A stretch of 64,000 bases of DNA from the human T2T-CHM13v2.0 reference genome, Homo sapiens, in NCBI RefSeq assembly GCF_009914755.1, contig NC_060928.1, one strand, 5' to 3'. A model generated the notes under the pieces. That model had not been told where the DNA came from. It did not search any database and was given only the letters and a program-made list of their open reading frames with translations. The translations under genes were made by a program, and so were the position numbers. The stretch's first letter is position 1; each line of letters opens with the position of its first letter. Below, piece after piece: positions 33,816 through 54,639 of the stretch.

Positions 33816-34949
33816 TTAGATCCATTTGGTCTCAAGTGTAGTTTAGTATCAACGTTTGTTGATTTTCTGTATAGATGATCTATCTAATGCTGGCATAGCT
33901 GTTCAATTCCCCATTATTACTATATTGGAGTCCCTCTCTCCCTTTACATCTAATAATATTTGCTTAAATATTTGGATGCTTCAGTGTTGGGTGCATATAT
34001 ATTTAGAATTATGTTTTCTTGATGAATTGATTCTTTTATCTTTATCTAATAACTTTCCAAGCCTCTTTTTATAGATTTTGACTTAAAATGTATTTTATAT
34101 TACATACCTACTGCTGCTCACTTGGTTTCCATTTGCATGGAATATCTCCTTACACATCTTTCCTTGCAGTCTCCATGTGCCCTTATAGGTGACTTGCTTA
34201 TTGTAGGCAGCATATAGTTGAGTCAGGTTTTTTTTTTTAGTCCATTCAGCCAATCAATATTTTTTAAGTGAGAAATTGAATCCATTTACATTCAAGGTTA
34301 TTATTGATAGGTGAGGACTTATTCATATTATTTTGCTAAGTGTTTCTGTTTTTTTAATATTCTTTGTTCCATTCTTTCTCTCTTATTTTTTATCATTGCA
34401 GTTTGGTGGTTTACTGCAGTGGTAACATTTCAGTCCTTTCTCTTTCCCATTTGTGTATACATTTTACACGTGTTTTATAATGTCCTGTGTTTTCATGATG
34501 GTAGATATAACCATTTTCCTTCTAGATGTAGAACTCCCAAAGCATTTCCTGTAGGATTGGTTTAATGCTGATTAATTTCCTCAGTTTTTACTTATCTGGG
34601 AAAGACTTTATTTATATTTTATTTAATTTTTTAAATGATAGCTTTGTAGGGTATACTAACTTTGGTTGGCAGTTTTATTTTCTTCTTTCAGCACTTTGAT
34701 ATATTATCCCATTCTTACCTTGATTGACAAGTGCCTGCTGAGAAATCCATTATTAGTGTCATAGGAATTCCTTTATATGTGATTTGATGCTTTCTTCTTG
34801 TTCTTAGGATTCTCTCTTTGTCTTTGACTTTTGACAGTTTGATTCTAATGTACCCTGGAGAAGATTTTTTGGGGTTGAATATATTTGGATTTCTTTGAGC
34901 TTCCCATATCAGGATCTCTGGAAAAACTTGGGAAGTTTTCAGTGGTCAT

Positions 34950-37848
<2,899 letters not shown>

Positions 37849-40800
37849 TTATTTTGTTAAATAGATTTTCTTTGTCTTTGCCCATCCCTTCTCTTTACCC
37901 AAAACACCCAAAATTCAAATATTGTTTACTTTATGATGTCCCATATGTCATATAGGCTTTAACCATTCTTTTTGTTAAAAAATTATTCTGACCAGATTAT
38001 TTCAAAAGGCCTGTCTTCAACTTCAGAAATTCTTCACTTAATCTAGTCTATTCTTGAAGGTCTTGATTTTATTGTTTTATGTCATTCATTGAATTCTTCA
38101 GTTCCAGGATTCGTGTTTGGTTCTTTGTGATATACATCCCTTTGTTTAGTTTCTAATGTAGATCAGTAATTGCTTTTCTGATTTGTTTTGTGTATCTGTG
38201 TTTTCTTGTACTTCATTGAACTACTTTAATATTACTATATTGAATTCTTATTCAGCCATTTCACAAATTTGTTTTTCATTGGAATCTGCTGCTGGATAAT
38301 TATTGTTACTTTAAGGTGCCATGTTTCCTTGCTTTTTCATGTTTCTTGTGTCCTTATGTTGATATCCATGTATCTGTTTAACAATCATTTCTTCCATTTT
38401 TATAAACCAGCTTTCATAGGGAAAGACTGTTCCTTATTTTTGTATCATCTATAATGTCACTTGTGTAAGAAATTTTGGCTTAGACTTCAGGTGCACATAT
38501 CATGTAGTCTCTTGGTGATATTCTTGGCTGCATTCAGCATCAGTATTGTGGTGAAGCTTTGCTTGGGACACAGATGCCAGGTAAGGCAGTCCTCAGGCAC
38601 CAGTGGCAGTGACAGTTGGCTGGTTATGCCAGGCACTGGGTCCCTGGGTCCCTGGACAGTGCATGCAAGTACTTGCAGTAGTGGATCTGGGATGGCCAAT
38701 TCTTGAACCTCCAGGTAGCTTGCTCAGGGCCCATGAATGGCAGCATTGAGCCAAGAAGCTTTTGAGGCCTCTGGGCAGTGTTCAGGGTGTTGGCAATGTC
38801 AGTAACAATGGTAGGCCAACCCTCAGGCCCCCAGACAGCATGCACTAGCACCAACAGTGGTGGTGGTGGACTGTGTGAGCTCATCCCCAGGCCCCTACAT
38901 AGTATGTGGGGGTGGCCACAGGTGGCAGTAGTAGCAGCAGGCTTGGCAAGCCCATCCTCAGGCCCCTAGGAGGGATGAACATGTGGGTGAAACTACTCAA
39001 TGCCCAGGCACCCAGAAAACATGTGGGGTCTGCAGTAGGCCTGACAGGTCTGTCCTCAGGTCCTCTGGTGGTATGTGCAAATGCCAGCTGCGGAGGGCAG
39101 AGCGAGTCAGTCCCCAGGCTCCTGGATGGTCTGCATGAGCCTCAGCAGTGGAGGTGGCAGTGGTGGGTGAGATGAGCTTGTCCTTAGGCCATGGGATGGC
39201 ACCCAAGTGGGCAGGCCTTCAGGCCCAGTGAACTCTCATGCAAGTGCATGGCAGTTCTGTTGCTGGCAGGGGTAGTTGCAGTCAGTAGCAGTAGCCCCAG
39301 GCAGGGGACTGTCAAGCTCTGGGGAGCACACACTTGCACCCTTTGTCCCAATGGCAGATTCTCTGACGTGCTGCACTGCCTGTTCCCTGGAGCATAGCAT
39401 GGACTAGGATGTTGGGGAGCCAGGTGCACTGCTGATTTCAGCCAGCATCACAATGCTGTAGCTCTTGGTGTAGACATAGGGTGATGTCAGCAGAGCTCCA
39501 GAGTTGTGAATAAATAGGGGGTCTTAAGCCCAGGGCAGGATATAGTCTAGTGGGGTTTGAGGTCTGAAAATGGCACTCTGCTATAACTATTTAGATTTTA
39601 AGGGGTGTGTGGGACCCAGCACAAAACTCCCTTTCTGTAGCAATGCCATTTCGTGGACTCCAGCCAGCTCTGTGTCATAGTCTCAGGGCCTAGGAAAACT
39701 GAGGGGTTCTCCTGTGGCAAGGATTACAAGGCTCCACAGGAAAAGTGTGGACTTCTGGGGATCTCTTGCTTACCTTCTCCCCTCACTGAGAGTCCTCCTG
39801 GATCCAAGCCCAACCTCACCAGGCCAGTGTCTTCTCTTTCTTCTCCTTCCACTCCTCGAATGTCCCCTGTCACTTCCCTGCTGAATCCCAGTGTTCTCTT
39901 TTAGATGCCCTATTTGATATGTGGTGATCTACTTGCTGTTTTGTGAGGAAGTGAGTACCAGATGCCTATAATCACCCATCTTCAAGCCCTGCCTTGGTTC
40001 ACATATTTTAAACTTCCCATTACAGAATAACAAGGAAGAGCCCTAAAATAAAATCAAGAAAGAGATTTAAGTCAATTTGTGTTAAGAACAATGAAAAGAT
40101 TTTCTTTTATTCATCATTTCTTGATTTCATTTTATTAACTTCTCCATGTGGATAGCTAGTGGTGGAAAAAACATGTCTACAGATCATTTCAAGAAAGAGA
40201 ATATGTCCTAGGCTGTGATCACAGATTGTGGAAGCAGAATGATTCAGGGTTCAAGTCAATACACTTGTAAATCAAAAGTGAGTGTCTTACAATGCCATGT
40301 GCATTGCTAGGTGAAAACTCAAACCCGTCAAAGATAGATGTAGTCCCATCTTTCTGATGGTTGTTCAAGGTGACAGGTGAAATGACTTCTGGCAATTTCA
40401 CTCAGATCTCCAGAGAACAAGAGTCAAATTCAAGATACAAGCAGTAAAAGAATGTTGTATGAAAGCAATACGGGGCTTGACAGATTGAAACATACTCTCA
40501 GTGGGATTGGGAGGAGAGAATAAAGCAAGTCAAGTCCTATTAAATTGTCTATAGGGCTCAATGATTATATTATTCAGGTAGCTAAAGTTACAGAGCACTC
40601 AGTATTGGCTTTCTATATCAAAAATTCAGTTAATTTTTTTGATGTTCGGCAATACAGGGTATCCAATCTTGTAGCAGCTTTGACAATTGCTAACCAGTTG
40701 AGCAATATTCTGCAATATTAATAAGCTGAGGACAAAATTCCTTATTTTATTTGCTCATCATTTGTTACTGTTTTTGTCTATATATCTATTTGTGCAAACT

Positions 40801-41849
40801 TTAACTCCTGAAAACCAGCTTCCAAAAAAGAATGTTCTGAAAGATTGAAAGACAAGTGGTTTTCAATGAAGTGAAGCTCATTTCCTATGTAGATTTTTAT
40901 TACTATTATTATTTAAGTAGCACAAATTAAACTGAGGGAAAAAAAACACACACAGTTATTTTATTGTAGGAATTATTGTAATTTTATGTATATGTGTACA
41001 ATTCTAAGCTTCTTTAGTACTATAATGTCTTCTTTCTTTACCAATAGGTTTTTTGTTTTGTTTTGTTTGTTTAGGAAGGGCAGGATAGGGATCCAGGCTG
41101 CTTAAAGACTGCAACAACAATCAGTAGAATTTTCCACAGTAATATAGATGACTTTCTGGAAAATTCCATAAACAATTCCTGCAGAGGAATGTCTATTCTC
41201 TCACTTGGAGGTCAATCACAATGCTTTTCTAGTAGGTATAGTGGACTATGACTACATTATTTCATGAGAGAAACTGTAGTTCAAGCTTAACATGAGACTC
41301 TGCATTTCAACCCATCTTGACTTTATATAGGTCTCCTTTTATAACCATTTTAAAAGCCTATAGAGAGTAGTAGAGAGGAGTAAGCTATACAGCCTAAAGA
41401 GGCATTGACCACAAGTGAACATTTAATTAGTCCCTTGTTCAATAGAATTGGCCTTCATTATGGATCTACTGTAAAAATTTCCCTATAGTGAAAACTGGAC
41501 TTGATGGTGTTTTAAGTTTTCTCTCAGGGAAGTGCTTCAGAATATACACGGCACAACTTGAAAATCAGAGGAAAACACTCTACATTACAATAAATTATTT
41601 CTGATACATAGGCATTTATTTGATCAGTTGTAGTTTCTGTGTTCTCAATGTATATGCTAAGCCTACACATTAAACTATATGGGAGGAAAGTTTTGTATGC
41701 GTTTAGGCATTTAAAAAGTCATGACTTTGAACAAAATACACAAACAAAAAAAGTCATAACATTTACTAGAAATTATAACTTATGATAGGACAAGTTTAAA
41801 TAATTTTAAAATACCACAATATTATCACCAAATGCTTGGCGTATCCCAG

Positions 41850-42345
41850 TTGCAACACTATTCACACTAGCTAAGATTGGAAGCAGCCTCAGTGTCCAGC
41901 AATAGATGAATGGATAAGGAAAATGTGGCACATACACACCATGGAGTACTATTCAGCCATAAAAATGAATGAGATCCTGTCATTTGTAATAACATGAGTG
42001 GAACTGGAGGTCGCTATGTTAAGTGACATAAGCCAGACACAGAAAGACAAATTTCACAGATGCTTATGTATTTGCAGGAGCTAAAACTGAAAACAACTGG
42101 ACTCATGGAGATCCACTCCTTGAAAGCACAACAGAATGACTATAGTCAATGTAATTGTACATTTAAAAATAACTAAAAGAATGTAATGGAGTGTTCATAA
42201 CACAAACTACAAATGCTTGAGTTGATGGATGCTTTGTTTACCCAGATGTGATTATTAAACATTGTATGCCTTTATCAAAATATCCCATATACCTCATAAA
42301 TATATACACTTATTATGTACTCAAAAAATTTTTAAAAAAATTTTA
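41850..42345 (+). mobile_element. L1MA3-like 3' end
   Basis: atggagtactattcagccataaaaatgaatgagatcctgtcatttg...atatatacacttattatgtactcaaaaaa. Confidence 0.88.
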
Positions 42346-42699
42346 AAATATTCCATAAGTTGTTATCTTTGCACTGGTGCTTTCTCCTCCCAATAAATTA
42401 ATACCTTATCCTATATTTGTATGCTATTTAAGTATGAGTCTTTTATAATTATAATTTTTTGGTCAATTGGTAAATAGTGTTAACTGTGGACCTTAAGTCA
42501 GTACTAGACAGTAATTCTTTCATATAATACAATTATTCTGCTTGCTTCCTACTCTTTCCATCTCCATTTCCACGTGTAGTTAGAATTATTTAGAAATAAT
42601 CTTATTAAATTAGTCAAGAGAAGGAGGACTGATGGTTCTAAAGTTTCATGTGGATCATGAGATATGTCTATAAGCTACATGATAGCTTATGTATTTTGT

Positions 42700-42865
42700 A
42701 TTTGAGACCATAAATTCTTATAGCCAGAGACTATATTCTCTCTCTCTTTTTCTTTTTATAGCTCTTTTTATATTGCATGGACTATATATTTCTTTTATAT
42801 TTCTTTTTATATTGCATGGGCTAAGACAGTACATTTAGTTTTTTTACAAGTGTTTACTGAATGAA
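42700..42865 (+). mobile_element. Probable L2 3' end fragment
   Basis: Ends in acaagtgtttactgaatgaa, the L2 tail signature; highly degenerate. Confidence 0.45.
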
Positions 42866-44254
42866 CACATTTGGAATTTAAATATAATACTGTTTTGTTA
42901 GTTTTCCTTTGTTGATTTTCTTTATTCCAGGTGATGGCAGTAAAGGACCTTTGCTCTATCTATAAGAATGAAATAACGAAGTTAAAAGACTTAAACTTCT
43001 CCCATACATGAAAAGTCGCTCCCTGCTTGCTGGATGACACACACATCCCTACACATAAACACACCACACTCACTAAAGGAATGTGCAAAGAGAGGGAAAT
43101 TATTAAAATGGCAATATATTTGTTAATTTTCATAAATAACAAGGTGTGTGTTTTTGTTCCATTTATTATCTGTTTTTTTGTCTGTAACATTTTAGTATAA
43201 GTTTCAATTCATTTATATAATTTACTGAACTAGTAGAAATATATTTCACCTTTGGCATTTTAAAGTGCACCTGAATAAAAAGAATACATTATTTTCTTTT
43301 CAGGGATAGGTGAGACTTCAATAAAGCTGTTTAGTTCAAATTTGTCGTATAAGGTAGATGGCACCAGAGCTGTGTTATGTCAATGGCAGTTTTCAAATGA
43401 AAAACATTACATTAAGCCTTGAGCATGCCATCTGGAATTGCAATAAGTAGAACACCGAACAAGGAATGTTAGAGAAGAAGCTTAAAATTAAAAAGTTGAT
43501 GTATAAACACCACAGAAATGAATTTATGTAGTGGTTTTTAATTGCTTACAAATAAGAATGTGGTGATTACTTCTCTAACCAGAAAGGAGTTTGCCCTGAA
43601 TTTGTGGATTTCCTAGCAAATGCATTTACAATAGTGATGATATTTATAAGAAAGAAAAAATCATAATATATTATTACTTACTGATATTGACCAGCATAAT
43701 TGCAATTTTTCTGTTGTGAAGTTAAGATTCTCTAGGTTAATTTTACAGTATTTGTTTCCTGTAGAAATCATATGCTGAATGGTCCCATAATAATAGCTCG
43801 GAGTTATTGTTATTAGAATTTTATGCATTGTCTTATTAATTGCATTGAGCTTGTATCATTCTAAGTTTGCAATTAAAATGCCCAAGACTCAGAAACCTTC
43901 AATAATTTGCTCAAAACCATAGAGCTTGTTAGAAGACGTTGGAATATAACTTAGAATCTTGCAGCTTCTTTTACTAATTGTAAAAACACTATCTGTCTTC
44001 TTTTATGCCACCACACCCTCAGTATTATGCAGACTCGATTCATATAAAGATAGATTTTTCAAATCTAATTTTGAAAACTGGACATTATTTTTTCTTAAGA
44101 ATGAGCACCTTAAATGAGGGTAACAACTTGAAAGTAAACTATTACTTATAAGACTTTCCCACAGAAAAGTTGTAAAATAAAGATATTGTGTGCATTGTAT
44201 ATTTGTGTATAAGATATATATCTGTATAAATTCACATTTTAAGATAATTTCTGA

Positions 44255-44541
44255 TTTGTTTTGAGGTAGGGTCTCACTCTGTCAGCAAGGCTGGAGTACA
44301 GTGCCATGATCATGGCTCACTGTAGCCTCAACCTCTTGGGATGAAGCAATCCTCCTACCTCAGCCTCCAGAGTAGCTGAGACTGCAGGCATGGGCCACCA
44401 CACCTGGCTAGTTTTTCTGTAGTTTTTATAGAGACAGGGTTTCACCATGTTGTCTAGACTGGTCTTGAACTCCTGAGCTCAAGCCATTCTTCTGCCTCAG
44501 CCTCCCAAAGTGCTCACAGGCGTGAAGCCATCATGCCTAGC
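44255..44541 (-). mobile_element. AluJ
   Basis: gatcatggctcactgtagcctcaacctcttggg, tcctgagctcaag; TSD aatttctga. Confidence 0.93.
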
Positions 44542-45407
44542 AATTTCTGAATTTTTAAATACTACCAAAACAATACAATAAAATCAAGACAGAAAAAGAT
44601 ATTACAGCTTATGTATGAGATGGTCATTTGATCATATAACTGGAAGGGTGAAGTATATAAACAATGACTATGAATGTACAATGAGGACAACAGCAAAAAC
44701 CTGAAAATACAAAATAAGATACTAGTAGTTAGATGAATATTAGAATGGGATGCAACAGTTTGCCTGCTAAGAATTATAAAAGCATTCTTCTGAAACTTTG
44801 GCAATATTGTATTTATCCAATGTCAATAACTTTTCATTAGCTCTTCAATTGGAATGTAAATTTCTGTTAAGACTTTTAACTAGATAATTTAAAAAGCAAC
44901 GCTATTGAATTATATAACTTAAAGAAATAGTTTCCATTTTCCCCTAATCGGGATATATGAATTGAACCTTTATTTGCACCCTTTCCCCACATCCACACAA
45001 ATTATGAACTATAGACTTCATAGTTTGCTGAGTAGTTGAGAACAAGCTACATGGTTAGAAGAGTTATCTATCGACCCACGGTCTTCTGTGCTTGCAAAAA
45101 TCTTGGCTTTTTCCTAATTGGATATTTTACAATTTTTTCTGTGCTAACTGTAGTAAAAGAACATAGGATTTTAGGTGAGAAATCAAATATACATAAAATA
45201 AATTTATTTATATAATCAAATATATATATTTGATTTCTTTCTTACCTAAAATCCTGTTATTTTATAAATGTAATTTATATATATATAAATGTATATATTT
45301 TTATATATATAAATTACATTTAGCAGATAACTAATAATTTTCTTATTTTATAAACAAGAACACCCAGTACAAAAAGCTGTAACTTACCCAAGAACTCATG
45401 GGAGACT

Positions 45408-49062
<3,655 letters not shown>

Positions 49063-49159
49063 AAAATATGTTTTTAAAAAATAGATACAAGGGAAAAACT
49101 TGTTCTATGGTAAAGGTAATAAATATAAATTTTTAAATAAAAACTACCAGTAAATTATC

Positions 49160-49860
49160 CAGGATGAAATAGTCAGCAGGACTTGATAAATGACGAACTG
49201 AAAATTAGAATTTATAGCTGGAGGCATGGAATGAGAAAACATCTACAGAGAGGTGACAGTTCAAGTCCTGAGAAAAGGGTGAGATTTTCCCAAGTGACAG
49301 AGAAGAAGAAAAGGCAAAAGAAAGTCAAAGGGAGGGTAAGCAAAGGAAAGGAAGACAACAGCACTTACAGAATGCCTCTATATAGGGTGAGAGAAGAACA
49401 GAAAGCAGAGGATACAGGAAAAATCTTTGCAAGCAGGGATCAAATATGTGGTCATTTCAACAATGGCAAGGGGCAGAAAATTTTAAATGAAGAGAGACTA
49501 CTAGGCTAAGTGAAGAAGTTTGAAAAAAAATTAAGACTGACCAAAGGATCTAAGAACTAGGAAAATATTCACAACCTTCATAAAAACAGTTTGGGAGAAT
49601 GGTGAAAGTTAAAAAAAAAAAAAGCAACAACATATCAGGTGTGAATGAAAGATAAAAAAGTAATACAAAGTATTGGACCATCTTTTTGATAAGTTTCATA
49701 ATGAAGGGAAGAAAGCAATTAGAACAGTATCTAGAAAACGCAGTTAGATTATGGAAAACATTTTTAGAAGAAGTCATATATTTTTATAGATATAAATACA
49801 AAATTATAATTATAAGAAATTATGAGGACAATAACTGATGGGCGAACATCTAGCAGAACT
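49160..49860 (-). mobile_element. Degenerate L2 fragment
   Basis: Purine-rich strand with L2-like motifs (caggacttgataaatga; gaccatctttttgataagtttcataatgaagggaagaaag). Confidence 0.55.
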
Positions 49861-50121
49861 TCAAAATAAACTTTTTCCCAGACCACCACAACTGGGCAGC
49901 CTAGAATTGCTCTCTCACTCTCCATCTTGGAATTCTTCAATAATTGAGGAAGTAATCTGATTACACAAAGTGAGGATGAAATTTTGAAACTTTGGTTTTC
50001 GAACTACAGTTGAAATTGAAGCAAGAATTGAAATTGTACATGAAGGATATGACCAGATGACTAATATTTATCATCCATTAAACATTTTTATTAAAAAAAT
50101 TATATATGAAATTCTGATTAA

Positions 50122-50488
<367 letters not shown>

Positions 50489-51854
50489 TATTTTACTGTT
50501 TTTAAAATGCTCTCTGAAGCAGCAAGCGAATGGTTAAGGAAAAGACTGTAGTACATACTGCCAACAGCCACCCTCACACCCTGAAATAAACTTTAGAACA
50601 TCACATTGAAATCCTCACATAGATGTTTTTACTAAACTTATAAGAAATGGCGTTAGTCTGAGGTTAATTACCTCAGCCATTACTATGGGCCATAATCTCA
50701 CTCAGCAAATCATTAATAACAAGAAATTGTCTTGGAGAGCAATCATTATTGTGTGGACATTGAAAATTCATTCTGAAGTTGATTATCTTTGGTAATTTTA
50801 AAAGCGTGAGAAGCAAACATAGTGAAGGTTATGGAACATCTTTGACAGTCAGGCAATATCTTATCCTGACCCACAGGCAAATATACTGCACAGCCACGAT
50901 TCCTCTAATACAACAGCTTACTGATTTTAGTTTTAAAGCAGCAGAGGAAAGCTGAATGACAGACAATGAGGAGGGCACTGGCTTTGAGGGGGGCTGATCC
51001 TGTGCGAAATAAGCACAGCTAGAAGAGTGAGTTTAAGAGACCAAAATGAATTTTATATTTTGATTCTGATTTTAGACAGATTGAAACATGTACTAGGTCA
51101 CTGTTCAATTCAATTAAAGCTGCATTTGAGCACCAATAAAGTACATGTAAAAATGTGATCCTTGAGCACCCTTGGTAGCAGAAAATATAAAATTTTATTT
51201 TCTGGATAGTAACAAGAGAAAGAGAAAATTTTGTCTTACCTGATGTGTAGAAAAGCCTGTGAGCAGTTATCTTCCAAACACTGTACAAAAAAAGTATTTT
51301 TGAAGATTTTATTACCATCTGAGTGATTAGCTATTACTTTTAAAAGTAATAATAATGCTTTACAGTGTATATTGTTGAGGCTTTCCACTGTAAATTTACA
51401 TAATTTATCCCCTTTGAATCCTTGCCAGATACTTATAAATTAATGATAAACAAACTGTTTAGTCTTATGGGATCCAAAATATTTTGATATATAAGCACAA
51501 AGATTTCCTAATCTAAGGCAACTAAATTATCAGATATGGTATTTGTAGATGCTGACTTCACTTAACTAAAGGGAGGAAAGTAATTGGAATGTTCTACTTG
51601 CATGTACTATGTTAAATAATCAGGTAGAAAGCTGAGAGCAAATACCCATTTTAGGGCTTGAATTACTTTGCGTAATAAACTAAATGGTGGACAAAAGAGA
51701 AAATCTCCTTCAAGTTTAATTAGACACTGCCGGTTACTTTTTATGCACAAAGTACCATTTGGCACCTGATGATGTGTATAGAAATTAGTAAAATGTTGTC
51801 AGCTGCCCAACAGGAGCTCACATACATGCTGGAGACACATGCATACATCACGAA

Positions 51855-51945
51855 AGGTAGTAAACAGTATGGTTAATAGAGCAAGCTCTGAAGTAAAATT
51901 ACATGGGTTCAGACGCTGGCACACAACAGGTTCATGTTACTTATA
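51855..51945 (+). mobile_element. MIR 5' fragment
   Basis: gtatggttaatagagcaagctctgaagt..tgggttcaga. Confidence 0.5.
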
Positions 51946-53299
51946 TGAATGAATTGATTAAACTGTTAGAACTGGAGGACACGTACATGACAGTTACTGG
52001 TTAATGCTTAGATGCATAGTGAATACATATATATATAATTTGGTATATAATTTGACTCATGGTTTTATCTGAAAAATCTTTAGTCTACCTCTTTTAACCA
52101 ATAGATGTTTTTTTCCGTTATCTTACACAAGACCAAAGAGTTCAATTTCCTCTTGTTTCTCACTTATCTTTCTTTTATACTTTTGATCCTTGAGAGATGA
52201 GGAAAGATAATGAAACGGAGATCAAAAGTGACCTTGTGTTTTAGCATACTGTGCAAAATGGTATGGGAAAGAGAAGAGAAAGAAATAAGTTTAAATTTAA
52301 AACGATGAAAATCATCCTGGAATCTAGAGAGAACACTTTAACGTGGACTCTGTCATCAAACTCTGAAAATGATGAAAGTCTACAGCCTACGGGGTCAGAC
52401 TGAAACTAGGAAGATCTGAGTGAATAAATTGTTACTTATGAACAACATAAAGAGAGTTATTTGCAGAAGAGATTTTCATTTCTGTCTGTAAACTACATCT
52501 TAGAAGTGCAGGAACATGTTCTATCTTATGTTAGTAAGTCTTTTTATTTCCATTAATACCATTATTCTGTTAAATACTTTTTGTTTCCTTCCATTCGTTG
52601 TCTACCAAATTAGGTACAAATATCATCTGCCAGAATGTGGTCTTTTTCAGTTTACACAAAAGGTGTGCAAAATTTTTTTGTCTTTTTTTTAATCCAAGAA
52701 TTTACCCTGGTCCCTGTGTATAATCAACAAATATATTTTATCTCATCTGAACAGAGATCATTTACCACCTTGAAATGTCAACAAAATATATTATGTTCCA
52801 GAAAACAGGGAGAGGAGAGATGAACTCTTCAGTATCAGTAATCAGATCATATACACACCTGGCAGACGGTCAGAAGCTTAAGGTAAATACCCTTCAAGGA
52901 AGAGAGAGGAGATAAACTACCTTTACTGAGCACAGACCTTGTGTCTGCCATTACACTAAGTAACTTACCAGATAGGTAAAAATTGATTCCACATCAAAGT
53001 GATAAAAGGCAATATATTTCTGTGTCACTTAGCTCATTTCACTTAGCATAATGTACTGTACCAGGTTGATTTCTACAATGAATTTTTCCTGATATTCATT
53101 TGAGAACTATTTTTGAAGGAAAGGACAAGAATTCTCTATGGGAAATAATAGGAGAATTTGTGAAAAAATATTTATCTTAATTCCAATTTGACTTCTAAGA
53201 AACCAGAGGTAAACCAGAAGGTACTTAATTTGCTCAATATCTCACATTCTGCAAGTAACAAAACCTAATAATTGAAGTTAAAATTAAAGCAATAATGAT

Positions 53300-53500
53300 G
53301 ATAATGGTGTTAGTAGTAGCAGGAATATCTGTAATTTATGAAGTTCTTGCAATGAGACAAGAATGTGCCACCACTTCCCATGTACTATCTATTTAACTAT
53401 TACATTCTCTAGACAATAGGAGGAGACAATGGTTCAAGTAAATTAAGGCATTAGATATGTAAACAGGGATTTACTTTTATTATTGGAGCTGATGACTGCT
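53300..53500 (-). mobile_element. Degenerate MIR
   Basis: aatatctgtaatttatgaagttcttgcaatg..ctatttaac..gaggagacaatggttcaagtaaattaag. Confidence 0.45.
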
Positions 53501-53584
53501 GGCAAAGACTTCTATACCAGCCAATCACATTGCACTTTTCTTCAAAAATAGTTCTCAAATTAATATCAGGAAAAATTCATTGTT

Positions 53585-53865
53585 GGAATCATCCTGGTCC
53601 AGTACATTATGCTAAGTCAAATAAGCCAGGGGACACAGAAAGATATTGCATTATATCACTTTTATTTGGAATCTTAAAAATGTCGAACTCAGAAACAGAG
53701 ACTAGAATGGTGATTGCCAGGTGATGGGGGTGGAGGAATAGGGAGATAGTTAAAGGGTGCAAACTTTTGGTTATAATATGGATAAATTCTAGAGATTTAA
53801 TGGTAACTGTGGTTAACAATAATATTTACTTAAAATATGCTAAGAGAGTACATCTTAGTATTTCT
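53585..53865 (+). mobile_element. L1MA9/L1MB-like 3' fragment followed by (TC)n(CA)n
   Basis: cattatgctaagtcaaataagccagg..agactagaatggtgattgccagg..ttctagagatttaat..atatgctaagagagta. Confidence 0.8.
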
Positions 53866-54639
53866 CTCTCTCTGTCTCTCTCTCTCTCACACACACACAC
53901 ACGCAGAAAAAAACAGTAAAATATTAAATTTTTAACAAATTTGTAGGTAATGCTGCTGTGGTGGTTTGAGGACTTCATATTAAGAACAATTGATTTAGAC
54001 AATGGTATAATAATTTTCTTCACTCTTATTTGCATATAAATGTAATTTCTGGAGGAGTCATGCACCTGGCCACTTCTAAGAAATCTGTCTTGCATTGACT
54101 CCACTTTTCTTGTGTGCATGTGTGTAATGCAGATAAAAAGGTTGAAATCTAAGAGATTCAAGGCTCGAGAAAAAAAAAGAAGGAAAGAAAATGGGCTTTA
54201 AGGCACACAGAGATTAGTTAAAAGCTGAGGCATGCCCATTCCTAAATTTTTAATTCCAGGCAAATTATTTAAATTTTCACTATTCATTTTGTATTTCTAC
54301 AAATCTAGATAATAATCTCTAATTTTCAGGGTCATAATGAAGATTAAAGATTAAATTAAAAATATGCAATTTATTCCGATATATAATCTGTGATGATCCA
54401 GACAATATTCAGCAGCCACTAGTATCACAGCCTGAAAGAGCAAAGTCATTCACCCTTCTAGTTCCCTGTTTGGTGAAAGAAAGAGTAAGTAAAAAGTACT
54501 AAGTATATTTCATTTTAAAGCAGTCTATTAATTCTTAATTGAAGCCAAATGTGCACGAGTTTACAGATAGTACAGAGTAAAAATAAATAAATGTGGAGAA
54601 TTAAAATTCTATAATTATATTTAATTATTTTAAAACCTC

